Source: Macrostomum lignano (taxonomy: Eukaryota). From it: 64,000 bases of DNA. The translations under genes were made by a program, and so were the position numbers. Below the pieces are notes generated by a model. The model was not told the DNA's origin, did no database searches, and saw only the letters and a program-made list of their open reading frames with translations. Positions 48,495-60,099 of this stretch are shown one piece after another. The first letter of the stretch is position 1, and every line of letters begins with the position of its first letter. The stretch lies in the NCBI GenBank assembly GCA_002269645.1, contig NIVC01002285.1, positions 62,001 to 126,000 of the forward strand, read 5' to 3'.

Positions 48495-50060
48495 GCCCAC
48501 TCTACCATGTCCCACTCTACCCTGTCCCCACTCTACCCTGTCCCCACTCTACCCTGTCCCACTCTACCCTGTCCCCACTCTACCCTGTCCCACTCTACCC
48601 TGTCCCCACTCTACCCTGTCCCACTCTACCCTGTCCCCACTCTACCCTGTCCCACTCTACCCTGTCTCCACTCTACCCTGTCCCCACTCTACCCTGTCCC
48701 ACTCTACCCTGTCCCCACTCTACCCTGTCCCCACTCTACCCTGTCCCCACTCTACCCTGTCCCACTCTACCCTGTCCCCACTCTACCCTGTCCCACTCTA
48801 CCCTGTCCCCACTCTACCCTGTCCCCACTCTACCCTGTCCCCACTCTACCCTGTCCCACTCTTCCCTGCGCCACTCTACCCTGTCCCCACTCCACCCTGT
48901 CCCCACTCTACCCTGCCCCACTCTTCCCTGCGCCACTCTACCCTGTCCCCACTCCACCCTGTCCCCACTCTACCCTGCCCCACTCTTCCCTGCGCCACTC
49001 TACCCTGTCCCCACTCCACTCTGTCCCCACTCTACCCTGTCCCCACTCTACCCTGTCTCCACTCTACCCTGTCCCACTCTACCCTGTCCCACTCTACCCT
49101 GTCCCCACTCTACCCTGTCCCCACTCTACCCTGTCCCCACTCCACTCTGTCCCCACTCTACCCTGTCCCACTCTACCCTGTCCCCACTCTACCCTGTCCC
49201 ACTCTACCCTGTCCCCACTCTACCCTGTCCCCACTCTACCCTGTCCCCACTCTACCCTGTCCCACTCTTCCCTGCGCCACTCTACCCTGTCCCCACTCCA
49301 CCCTGTCCCCACTCTACCCTGCCCCACTCTTCCCTGCGCCACTCTACCCTGTCCCCACTCCACTCTGTCCCCACTCTACCCTGTCCCCACTCTACCCTGT
49401 CTCCACTCTACCCTGTCCCCACTCTACCCTGTCCCACTCTACCCTGTCCCCACTCTACCCTGTCCCCACTCTACCCTGTCCCCACTCTACCCTGTCCCCA
49501 CTCCACTCTGTCCCCACTCTACCCTGTCCCACTCTACCCTGTCCCCACTCTACCCTGCCCCACTCTACCCTGTCCCCACTCTACCCTGTCCCCACTCTAC
49601 CCTGTCCCCACTCTACCCTGTCCCCACTCTACCCTGTCCCCACTCTACCCTGTCCCCACTCTACCCTGTCCCCACTCTACCCTGTCCCACTCTTCCCTGC
49701 GCCACTCTACCCTGTCCCCACTCTACCCTGTCCCCACTCTACCCTGTCCCCACTCTACCCTGTCCCCACTCTACCCTGTCCCCACTCTACCCTGTCCCCA
49801 CTCTACCCTGTCCCCACTCTACCCTGTCCCCACTCTACCCTGTCCCCACTCTACCCTGTCCCCACTCTACCCTGTCCCCACTCCACTCTGTCCCCACTCT
49901 ACCCTGTCCCCACTCTACCCTGTCCCACTCTTCCCTGCGCCACTCTACCCTGTCCCCACTCCACCCTGTCCCCACTCTACCCTGCCCCACTCTTCCCTGC
50001 GCCACTCTACCCTGTCCCCACTCCACTCTGTCCCCACTCTACCCTGTCCCCACTCTACCC
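48495..50060. repeat. 15/16-bp C-rich minisatellite CCCCACTCTACCCTGT
   Basis: About 100 units. They explain the 628-aa and 524-aa HSTLSPLYPVP ORFs. Confidence 0.96.
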
Positions 50061-50764
50061 TCCTATCACTCTACCTTATAGAAATAAATTCCAATCTACG
50101 CAAGGCGTCTCCAAGCTGAGGTTTACTGGAATTTAGCTCAGGACACCCCAGATGAGCAGGATAAAGGAAAAAGAAAAAGTAATTTCTGTAATTTGCAAGG
50201 CCAATCCGCATGTCGAACGGAGATTCACTTTAGCATCTTCTGTTTGCAGTCCTGTCACTCTTGTGTGTGACAGGGTTGAGCAAGATCTACAGAAGTTTTC
50301 ACTCACCGTCAAGAACACAGCAATCCGTCATGATGCGGCTGAGTTCGAGGCTTAGCTTACCTAATTAAGGCCGCAGAGATGCTGTCGCAAAATGCTGTTT
50401 TGCGGCTCAAAATTTTAGCCAGGCTTACAGATCCAAAGACCACATCAAAAGAAATGACCAACGAGCTCTATTTAATTCCTAATTGAATGTATAACAGACT
50501 GACAGGTGGCCAAATTTTGCCAAATTTTATGTATTGGCCTCAATCTTCGGATTAGCCCATCCTTTCACTACCTTTCTTAGGTATAGTACCTTAGATCCTA
50601 TCCCACATTCACGCTGATTTGAGGCTGAAAGGAGCGGGAGGCCCAGCAAGATTATGAGTATGAGCTCCTTTGTTCAAAATCACTGAAATGAACTCCACTC
50701 CCATGTCTCGTGACGCCCCCAATTGTCCCCATTACTAGACCGTACACCCACCTCATTTTAATAG

Positions 50765-50890
50765 CCAATCACGATGAAGGCTAGTCAGGTGACGTCACTC
50801 GGTTGCTTGGCGACGCCGGTCAAGGGCAGTTCAAGGTCCTGTGCATCTCCTGTGCATCACGAGTCACGCGCATGATCTCAGCGCTATTTA
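50765..50890 (+). promoter_or_regulatory. Promoter-like cluster: CCAAT, palindromic CRE, RFX X-box-like motif, TATA-like element
   Basis: CCAAT at about 50765, TGACGTCA 50790-50797, GTTGCTTGGCGAC 50802-50814, CTATTTAA at about 50883, and a downstream donor CAG|GTAATG at 51196. Confidence 0.45.
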
Positions 50891-51809
50891 AGCAGCTCGT
50901 TTTCCCACCGACCTTCGGAGCCGCGAGTGACACGTTCGGCTCTACACTTTCGGGACCCGTGCACCCTCACCCTGGATGAGAAACCAGTTCCCTAGGATCA
51001 CCAGCAGTTCATCCCCGAATTTAAATCAACCTGCGAGATCGCGTATTCGATCCTCACCTAGCTAATTCGTCAAATCCCAATACCTGATTGATTTAACTCC
51101 ATCAACTCCATCCAGTCGTAAGCTGCCACTGCCTTAAGGTTAAGCTGCGAGAGTAAAGTGATGTGCTGCAGATATAGAGGAGAAACTGAATTTCAGGTAA
51201 TGTATAATTAGCAAATTTACCACCAATACAATATGCCCGACTAAAAAAGTACATATAAGCTCCGAGACCACCGTGCATCACTACGGAGTCTGGATACCAC
51301 GTAGTGTACTTAATCGAAATAGTGCATACAAGCGCTAGTTGAAGAGGAAATCACAGTCTTATCGCTGTCACATCTCCAGAACCATACGAGAGTCGCGGGG
51401 AATTAGGAAATAGTAAAGCCCTTGGGATACCGCGCTCCAGGGTCGAAAGAATCCTCGTTTTGGCATTAGTCTGGACTACTTCATTGATACTTCGCATAGA
51501 GTCCCTTAAATTCGTTGCCCGCAAAAGGCTGGGAGCTCAGTCTCATTAGTGAAAGGTCCCCGGGTGCCACTTACTTCTACGCAGAAGGCTGGAGGCGCCC
51601 ACGCCTTTGGCGTGTACCTATATAAAACACCCCGCAGCCTCAGTTTGGTTCGAGGGACCTTTGCCACTCAGCCACACCACAAGCAACCCACTATGAACTA
51701 AGGGAAGAAACTCGTAGTTCGAGGGAGCAGGGGTGTTCGGAGCCAGAGCCTATAGTCGCACGGGTTACATGTACATCAATAGATACATGTAGATAAGATG
51801 TGATATGAT

Positions 51810-52371
51810 CAGGGGAGTCGCCATGGATTTTATATGGTGGGGGCACAAAGCCAAGAATTCAACATGTACATGACCAAATTCCTACATTTCCATTATTTTG
51901 AGAAGCGTGTTGTCAGCGCTCATTTTGGCGCCGCTGCAGGCATTCCTTTTAGCGCCGTAGATACTCATTTTAGCGCCGCAGGCATTACTTTTAGCGCCGT
52001 AGATACTCATTTTAGCGCCGCAGGCATTCCTATTAGCGCCGTAGATACACATTTTAGCGCCGCAGGCATTCCTATTAGCGCCGTAGATACACATTTTAGC
52101 GCCGCAGGCATTCCTATTAGCGCCGTAGATACTCATTTTAGCGCCGCAGGCATTACTTTTAGCGCCGCAGGCACCCATTTTGGCGCCGCAGGCACTCATT
52201 TTGGCGCCGAAGGCACTATATTTTAGCGCCCTCAAGAAAAATTATTTATTACCACAACGAGTCACAAGGTGGTGGGTGAGGGGGACAATGCATTGGCATG
52301 TCCTTCCATAGCTTTTACTGGGGGACATTTATGTCCCCCCTGCCCCCCCCCCCCCGGTGGCGACGCGCCTG
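51810..52371. mobile_element. MITE-like element carrying an internal 42-bp minisatellite (51925-52230)
   Basis: Imperfect TIRs: CAGGGGAGTCGCCA at the left end versus CAGGCGCGTCGCCA (reverse complement of the right end), 12/14 identical. The TSD is only partial (ATATGAT/AAATGAT). The internal unit is TTTAGCGCCGTAGATACTCATTTTAGCGCCGCAGGCATTCCT. Confidence 0.55.
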
Positions 52372-53555
52372 AAATGATAGTACGATGATTATCGTATCAT
52401 ATCAATCGCATTAAAAAACAGTTAACAGCCACCCCTAGGATTGCAGTTTGTTAACGCTATGATTCACTACCGCGCTAGTACACGCTCGTACTGTACATAA
52501 ACTCTCCACAAACATGCATGCTCAAATCAATTTTAAAATAGGGTCTGAAAACAGACTGTAGCAATAGCGCTATATTGTAAACATAATCTCTTGTCGCTTT
52601 AAATTTTTCCAGGGCATATTCACTCGAATGTTGTTAAGATAGATACTTTGCTGTAGGGTGTAATTGCGAATGACTAGCGTGATACGTACTATTCATGTTC
52701 TATTTTAATAAGTTAATCCTATATCCTTGCCTTCTATAATTAATATTCCAGAAAACTTCTTATAATTTCGTACAGTAAAGTATTTATGTACTTGTATATG
52801 TTTCAAAACACAACAGCTCAATCTTTAAGAGCAACTTAATTTCTTTTCGAATCTACCCAAAAAAAGAACTCTGTTGTTAAAAATCCAGGTTATCTTGATA
52901 AAAGCTAAGGACCACTGTATATAGCTATATACAGTGGTCCTTGATAAAAGCTTGTAGCATTCATTGTCTTGCAGCTAGATTTAGTTTACCTCATATAAGA
53001 GGTAAGCTTTGGAGACAGTTCCGCTATCTTTCTTTGCAGTGATTTTTTAAATTTCCATGAACATGAACGAAAAATATCCCTAAATCAGTCGCCATTTCAA
53101 TTTTTGCCACTACATCGGTGGGTACACCAGAAACGAGTCCCATGAAGACCGCTCCTGCTTCGCTGAATAAGTAAAGAAACGATAAAAGTAGTGGGATTTT
53201 AAAGTCTGACGCTCTAAATATACTACCCTACCTCTCCCATGTCTCTTCACAAGGGTTAGGCATAATTAGCCTCTTCTAACACTTTACTATAATATGTTGT
53301 TTTCCGGTAAAATTTTATCGTCGCAAAAACTATAACAAATTAATGCTCTGTTTTAATTAAGTTGAATCAAAAGCTTTCAATCTACGTCAAAAATTCCTCT
53401 TAAAAAATTATATAAAGGTATTTTTCTAAAAAAAAATAAGCATATGCCCTAGCTAATTGGAACCATAGTAAAAGATTTAGGATTTATCAATTCAATTTTT
53501 AACTTTTCACAAATTCGCCTGTTTTGTACGCTTTGGTTTTGTTCCTCGTATCAGA

Positions 53556-56500
53556 ATGCTTACAGTAGAAAAAAGGAGGACGCGCCAAAGGGAATTTCGT
53601 GGGCCGGAGCCCAACAGCGTTGGAATTGTAAGTGAATAAATATCTTAATTTTTTCTCTTACATCTATAAGTATGTATAGTGTGTGATATAAAATTTTAAA
53701 AATCAAATACTAATACTGTGTTTATAATACAGTGATGTGATGACACATATAAACCCAATAGTTTCGGCAAAATGAATAGAACAAGAAACGTCTACGACTG
53801 TAACTACAAAAGCCTTGGATAATGCGAAGTACAAGATAACCCATTTTTAACATTATTTAAAAAAGAAAATTAATGGGCGAACTCTAATGAAAAATACGCG
53901 TCAATTGTTATTGTGTTAATGTTATGCTTAAATCAGAGTTGAAATTTATTGTTTTAAATTAAGATAAAAGTTATAAATTATAAAAAGTTATAAATGCAAA
54001 CTTTTGAAGTTTTAAACATTTATAAAGCCTTTCTTCTTTTCACTCATTAAAACGAGCAATTTTGAAGGCCATACAAATGCTGGAAAACAAATTCAAAGTA
54101 GCTTTACCTCCACTTTCAAGAAAGTTTTAGTGTATTCTAATCTCTAAATAAAAATCAGAATGCTGTTTCTTTCTGAATTATATAGTGTCTCTAAATCAAG
54201 ACTTTATAACTTTCAAATTTTTGAAGAGATGGCTAATAAAGTACAGAATATATTGTTTTAAATGTCTAATATATGGGACTATTAGCGAAAATTGTTTTAT
54301 GGTTTTTAATACTTATAAATTTATAAGAACATAAAATAAACATTTTTTACTCAACGAAACAAAATTTGTATTACAAGTAAACAAAAATTTATAACCCCAA
54401 ACGCATAAAAGAGCAGCGAATAGATAATTAATTGTCGATTAAAACATGTCTTGAAATCAAGCGAAGTTGTTCTAATTAAAAGCGAAGAAGAATGAAGCGG
54501 TTCTTTCACTATCGAATTCTTTGAGGAATCGCTGCTCACAGTCATGTCCAAAGCAAATTAAAAGAATTCGAAAATTCGCCTGAAACGGCAGGATTAAAAC
54601 AAATCCATCTATTTTCGTAGCTGGGCCGAACACCGGGCAGCGGCGGCGGCGACTGGATCATCCAACAGAGCCGGGAGGAGGCCGCCCGCCGGGCGGAGAG
54701 GGACGCCGAGGTCCGCGCCCAGGCCCTCATGGACATGCGCAGCGACTGGGAGCAGCAGACCAACAAGCGGCTGCAGCGCAAGGCCGTCAACCGCCGGCTG
54801 CAGGAGTACCGGCGCCAGATGGAGATGCGCATCGAGGAGCGCCGGGACCGACTGCGCGCCCTGCTGGAGGCTGACGAGCGGCGCCACCTGGAGGAGATGG
54901 ACGCCAGCCAGGAGACGGTGCTGGAGCGCCAGGCCAAGATGCGCGAGCGGGCCAAGCAGCTCAGGGAGGAGAAAGAGGCGGAGCGGCAGCAGCTGGTTGA
55001 GCAGAAGATGAACGAGCTGTGGCGGGAGCAGAGCGAGGAGCTGCGCACCAACCTGCAGAAGCGGCACCTGGCGGAGGTCATCGCCGAGCGGGACAATCAG
55101 GTGACCGTCTTAGCAAGCTCCAACTGTCTTACCCACCAACTGTCTCACCCGCCAACTGTCTCACTCACTAACTGTCTCACCCACCAACTGTCTCACCCAC
55201 CAACTGTCTCACCCACCAACTGTCTCACCCACCAACTGTCTCACCCGACAACTGTCTCACCCACCAACTGTCTCACCCGCCAACTGTCTCACCCACTAAC
55301 TGTCTCACCCACCAACTGTCTCACCCACCAACTGTCTCACCCACCAACTGTCTCACCCACCAACTGTCTCACCCACCAACTGTCTCACCCGCCAACTGTC
55401 TCACCCACCAACTGTCTCACCCGCCAACTGTCTCACCCACTAACTGTCTCACCCACCAACTGTCTCACCCACCAACTGTCTCACCCACCAACTGTCTCAC
55501 CCACCAACTGTCTCACCCACTAACTGTCTCACCCACCAACTGTCTCACCCACCAACTGTCTCACCCACCAACTGTCTCACCCACCAACTGTCTCACCCGC
55601 CAACTGTCTCACCCACCAACTGTCTCACCCACCAACTGTCTCACCGCCATCGCATCCGCAGGTGCACCTGAAGAAGCGCCTGGAGGCGCAGCGCCAGGCA
55701 GAGGAGCGCTATTTTCACGAGCTGTGGAAGGACGAGCTGGCAGCCAAGGCGGAGCGTGAGGAGCGGGACCTGGCGGAGCGCAAGCAGCGCGAGATGGAGA
55801 CGGTGGCGGTGCTGGAGCAACAGCGGGCCGCCTTCAAGGCCAGACGCGACGAGGAGCTCAAGCTGAAGGAGGAGGAGGCTCAGCTGGTCCGCGAGATGGA
55901 GGAGCTCCGAAAGGTGAGCAGGGTTGCACAGCTCACCAGCCCCAAGTCAGCCCAGGTTTCTCCCGGAGCATTTCCCAGGGAAAAACACTGACTCGAACCC
56001 GCAGGTGGAGGCGGCTCAGGCGGCTGAGGAGCGGCGCCGCAAGGAGCAGGAGACTCGCCGGATGCTGGACCGCAACATCCGCCTGCGGATGCGCCAGAAG
56101 GCCCGCGAGGCCCAGGAGGAGCTGGCCTTCGACATGAAGATCCTCGAGCAGCTGGCCGAGGAGAGCCGCGTGGAGGAGGCCAACACCCGGGCCAGGAAGC
56201 TGGCGATGAGGGAGGAGGACCGCAGATACCGCGAGTACCTGCGCAACATGATGGAGGAGGAGAAGGCCAGGTGGGTTTCCCTGGAATTAGTCTCACACTC
56301 CAGCATCTGTCTCACGAATTCCGCAGTCACTCACCGATCCCGCACGGTCACTCACCAATCCCGCACAGTCACTCACCAATCCCGCACAGTCACTCACCAA
56401 TCCCGCACAGTCACTCACCAATCCCGCACAGTCACTCACCGATCCCGCACTCTCAACGATCCCGCACACTCAACATTCCCGCACACTCACCAATCCCGCA

Positions 56501-57256
56501 CACTCACCAATCCCGCACACTCAACAATCCCGCACACTCAACATTACCGCACACTCACAAATCCCGCACACTCAACATTCCCGCACACTCACGAATCCCA
56601 CACAGTCACTCACCAATCCCGCACACTCACCAATCCCGCACACTTACCAATCCCGCACACTCAACAATCCCGCACACTCACGAATCCCGCACAGTCACTC
56701 ACCAATCCCGCACACTCACCAATCCCGCACACTCACCAATCCCGCACACTCAACAATCCGCGCCCAAACCCGCAGGGAGGCGGAGCTGGAGCGTCTTCTG
56801 GACGCGGAGATCCAGCAGCAGTGGCAGAAGCGGGTGGACCAGTGGCGCCGCGAGAAGGAGGCGAGGCGGCAGCTGCTGGAGCAGGTCATGGCGGAGCGGC
56901 GCACGCAGATCCAGGAGCGCCTGCTGGCCAACGAGCGGCGGCAGCGGGAGGCCGCCGAGGAGAAGGCGGAAATCCTCGCCCGCATCGAAGCCATGAAGGT
57001 GGAGGAGCGCGAGGAGGCGGCCGCCCGTCATCAGAAGAATCTAAACTTCGGCGAAGAGCTGAAGGCGCAGATCAACTTCAACGAGCACCTGCGCCAGCTG
57101 CAGGAGGAGGAGCGCCGTCAGGAGGAGGAGCGGCTCCGGCAGGAGCGGGAGCGCGAGCTGGAGCGGCTGCGGGCCGCCGCCAACATGGAGTGGATCGACC
57201 CCAAGATGCACCCCATGCGGAAGGCCTGGATTGCCAGCGGGAAGAGCCTCTACTGA
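53556..57256 (+). CDS. CFAP53: Cilia- and flagella-associated protein 53 (CCDC11), 516 aa; exons 53556-53627, 54621-55100, 55662-55913, 56005-56270, 56776-57256
   Basis: N-terminus QREFRGPEPNSV, then RIEERRDRLRALLEADE, KMRERAKQLREEKE.ER, LWREQSEELR, EKEARRQLLEQVM.ER and C-terminal HPMRKA. All introns are GT-AG and in phase (0,0,0,2). Spliced length 1551 nt. Confidence 0.95.
55120..55645. repeat. Intronic minisatellite, 16-bp unit CCAACTGTCTCACCCA (CFAP53 intron 2)
   Basis: About 33 tandem units. Confidence 0.95.
56320..56760. repeat. Intronic minisatellite, 17/21-bp units CCAATCCCGCACA(GTCA)CTCA (CFAP53 intron 4)
   Basis: Tandem variant units. Confidence 0.92.
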
Positions 57257-57444
57257 CCGCCAAACTGACCCTCCACTGCGCTGCTGATTCTCTCTCAATC
57301 TCCCCTCTCCCCATCTTTTCTGTCTAAGCCTCCTATGACCAGGGGCTCGAGCCATCGACTATTTAACTCCCTAGGAGTGCAGGAGAGTCCACAATCGTAT
57401 AAATGAGTGCAGCGCCTACTAACCGTTATAGTCGTTTATATTAG

Positions 57445-58170
57445 GCTTGGTGGGGGTGGGTGCTGGGGTTGGCTTGGTGGGTGTGGATGCTGGGGTTGGC
57501 TTGGTGGGGGTGGGTGCTGGGGTTGGCTTGGTGGGGTGGGTCCTGGGGTTGGCTTGGTGGGGGTGGGTCCTGGGGTTGGCTTGGTGGAGGTTGGCTGCTG
57601 GGGTTGGCTTGGTGGGGGTGGGTGCTGGGGTTGGCTTGGTGGGGGTTGGCTTGGTGGGGGTAAGTGCTGGGGTTGGCTTGGTGGGGTTGGCTTCTGTGAT
57701 TGGCCTGCTGGGGGTTGGCTTGGTGGGGGTGAGTGCTGGGTTGGCTTGGTGGAGGTTGGCTGCTGGGGTTGGCTTGGTGGGGGTGGGTGCTGGGGTTGGC
57801 TTGGTGGGGGTGGGTCCTGGGGTTGGCTTGGTGGAGGTTGGCTGCTGGGGTTGGCTTGGTGGGGTGGGTGCTGGGGTTGGCTTGGTGGGGGTTGGCTTGG
57901 TGGGGGTAAGTGCTGGGGTTGGCTTGGTGGGGGTTGGCTTCTGTGATTGGCTTGCTGGGGGTTGGCTTGGTGGGGTGAGTGCTGGGGTTGGCTTGGTGGG
58001 GGTGAGTGCTGGGGTTGGCTTGGTGGAGGTTGGCTGCTGGGGTTGGCTTGGTGGGGGTGGGTGCTGGGGTTGGCTTGGTGGGGGTTGGCTTGGTGGGGGT
58101 GGGTCCTGGGGTTGGCTTGGTGGAGGTTGGCTGCTGGGGTTGGCTTGGTGGGGGTTGGCTTGGTGGGGGT
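57445..58170. repeat. G-rich ~27-bp minisatellite GGGGTTGGCTTGGTGGGGGTGGGTGCT
   Basis: Tandem variant units downstream of CFAP53. Confidence 0.94.
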
Positions 58171-58724
58171 GAGTGCCAAAATCAAAATATCTTTGCCAAT
58201 AATTATCTCTGAACAAATGATTAATAAGGATGTGCCTCTGTCTCGAAGAGGTCTGAGCAATTTAAACGAGTTTCACCTCTTCTTATCTTTCTCCTCTCCA
58301 AGCATCTTCAGCCTGCAGTCTCCGGGTCCAGCACTCTCGCTTGTTGCTTAGCTGTTGTTTGTTTAAATCGAGCAATTTCACAGCAGTTTAGGCTCACGGT
58401 TCCCGCGATTCCCTTGTCTTATCTGCCGGGAACTCGCTGATCCCGTATTGAATTTTTGAGACTTCTTCAGTTTGCTCCGCTATTGTTCAGTGTATCATAT
58501 ATGAATATGAGATCGCTACTGTACTCACCGACCGTAAATACACTAGATAACCTTGTTTGTCCTTGGAACTGGCTGTGGCGTGAGGCGCTTGGAGGAGTCC
58601 AGTTATATTTATTGATTGAAATGAGTTCAACAAAATCCTCAATGGCATTTTACAGCCTTCTGTAGTAATGGTTAAAATTTATTAAATTTTTTGCCGAATA
58701 AAACTTCGGAGTGACATTCTCATA

Positions 58725-59710
58725 TTAGTTGTCAGTCACACACCGCTAAATCACAGTTGTCAGTCACACACTGCTAAATCACAGTTGTCAGTCACAATGC
58801 TAAACCACAGTTGTCAGTCACAATGCTAAACCACAGTTGTCAGTCACAATGCTAAACCACAGTTGTCAGTCACAATGCTAAACCACAGTTGTCAGTCACA
58901 CACTGCTAAATCACAGTTGTCAGTCACAATGCTAAACCACAGTTGTCAGTCACACACTGCTAAATCACAGTTGTCAGTCACACACTGCACAATCACAGTT
59001 GTCAGTCACACACCGCTAAATCACAGTTGTCAGTCACACACCGCTAAATAACAGTTGTCAGTCACACACTGCTAAATCACAGTTGTCAGTCACACACTGC
59101 TAAATCACAGTTGTCAGTCACAATGCTAAACCACAGTTGTCAGTCACACACTGCTAAATCACAGTTGTCAGTCACAATGCTAAACCACAGTTGTCAGTCA
59201 CACACTGCTAAATCACAGTTGTCAGTCACAATGCTAAACCACAGTTGTCAGTCACACACTGCTAAATCACAGTTGTCAGTCACAATGCTAAACCACAGTT
59301 CTCAGTCACACACTGCTAAATCACAGTTGTCAGTCACACACTGCACAATCACAGTTGTCAGTCACACACTGCTAAATCACAGTTGTCAGTCACACACTGC
59401 TAAATCACAGTTGTCAGTCACACACTGCTCAGTCACAGTCGTCAGTCACACACTGCTCAGTCACAGTTGTCAGTCACACACTGCTCAGTCACAGTCGTCA
59501 GTCACACACTGCTAAATCACAGTTGTCAGTCACACACTGCTCAGTCACAGTCGTCAGTCACACACTGCTCAGTCACAGTTGTCAGTCACACACTGCTCAG
59601 TCACAGTCGTCAGTCACACACTGCTAAATCACAGTTGTCAGTCACACAATGCTAAATTACAGTTGTCAGTCACACACTGCTAAATCACAGTTGTCAGTCA
59701 CACACTGCTT
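58725..59710. repeat. 26/28-bp minisatellite GTTGTCAGTCACACACTGCTAAATCACA
   Basis: About 36 tandem units that decay towards 59900. Confidence 0.94.
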
Positions 59711-60099
59711 AATCACAGTTTCCAGTAACATATTGCTCAATCACACAAAATCTTTAGTCACACTGCTCAATCACACACAATTTACAGGCACACACTGCTC
59801 AATCACACACAATCTACAGGCACACTTCTCAATCACACAACATCTTGAGCCACATTCTGCTCAATCACACAACATACTGAGTCACACACTGCTCAGTCAC
59901 ACAACATATTGATATTAAGAAGTCGTGAAGACTCTTATAGGTAAGACAGAAGTCGTGAAGACTCAAGGTTACAAGCCGTGAAGGCTAAACTTAGGATTAG
60001 GGATTAGGAAATTAGGTGAAATACATGTATTGTAAGCATAGGAAATGTTTAGGCTTGAAATAAAAAAATCGTGAAGATATTAATAGATTGACGCCTACT

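Noticed and set aside
48233-50119. 628-aa and 524-aa Pro/His-rich ORFs
   Set aside because: They are translations of a stop-free 15/16-bp minisatellite.
55924-57327. 467-aa read-through ORF across CFAP53 intron 4
   Set aside because: Intron 4 (505 nt) is a stop-free minisatellite. The ORF leaves the CFAP53 frame after the intron, and proper GT-AG splicing restores the conserved protein.
57407-58351. Gly/Trp-rich and Pro/Thr-rich mucin- or collagen-like ORFs
   Set aside because: They are translations of a G-rich minisatellite in all six frames.
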